Shown: piece by piece, positions 63,974-64,000 of the stretch
Layout of the letters: every line of letters begins with the position of its first letter
Position numbering within the stretch: the first letter of the stretch is position 1
Notes under the pieces: model-generated
What the model saw: the letters and a program-made list of their open reading frames with translations, nothing else
What the model was told of the DNA's origin: nothing
Database searches by the model: none
Source of the DNA: Bugula neritina
Lineage: Eukaryota; Animalia; Bryozoa
Length of the DNA: 64,000 bases
Direction: 5' to 3'
NCBI GenBank assembly: GCA_964035545.1
Contig: OZ037767.1
Span: forward strand, 22,646,628-22,710,627
Program-made: the position numbers and the translations under genes

Positions 63974-64000
63974 ATGGCGGAGAATGTGAAAGTTGCTGTC
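63974..64000 (+). CDS. Start of a probable kinesin motor gene (truncated by window end)
   Basis: aaaATGG start context; MAENVKVAV matches the kinesin motor N-terminal (N/S)VKVAVR motif; splice acceptor tttgtag near 63943. Only 9 codons visible. Confidence 0.55.

Overview
AT-rich, intron-rich genomic DNA from an invertebrate animal (species not identifiable from the window). Exons were spliced by hand using GT-AG signals and reading-frame phase. Genes: (1) a ~1141-aa protein with ~20 elongated ankyrin repeats fused directly to a caspase domain, with no CARD/DED seen (minus, 720-5291); (2) a PIG3/TP53I3-like quinone oxidoreductase with a putative signal-peptide exon and a C-terminal KEEL (minus, 8477-17247); (3) a 4-exon, ~468-aa acidic gene nested antisense in one intron of gene 2; (4) CDK5RAP1 (plus); (5) two tandem insect-AANAT-like GNAT paralogues with apparent gene-conversion tracts (plus); (6) PRR5/Protor (minus); (7) ALG1 (minus); (8) the first codons of a probable kinesin. 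Mobile DNA: a decayed CR1-group LINE, several MITE families, tRNA-derived SINEs, minisatellites, and a very young non-autonomous Ty3/Gypsy element. That element has LTRs differing at 1 of 353 nt, keeps Gag and protease, lacks RT, RNase H and the integrase core, and carries an intron-containing zinc-finger/coiled-coil accessory gene. The best novelty candidates are this accessory gene, the ankyrin-caspase, the nested gene and the apparently ER-targeted PIG3. No database searches were run; all homology calls are by motif recognition.
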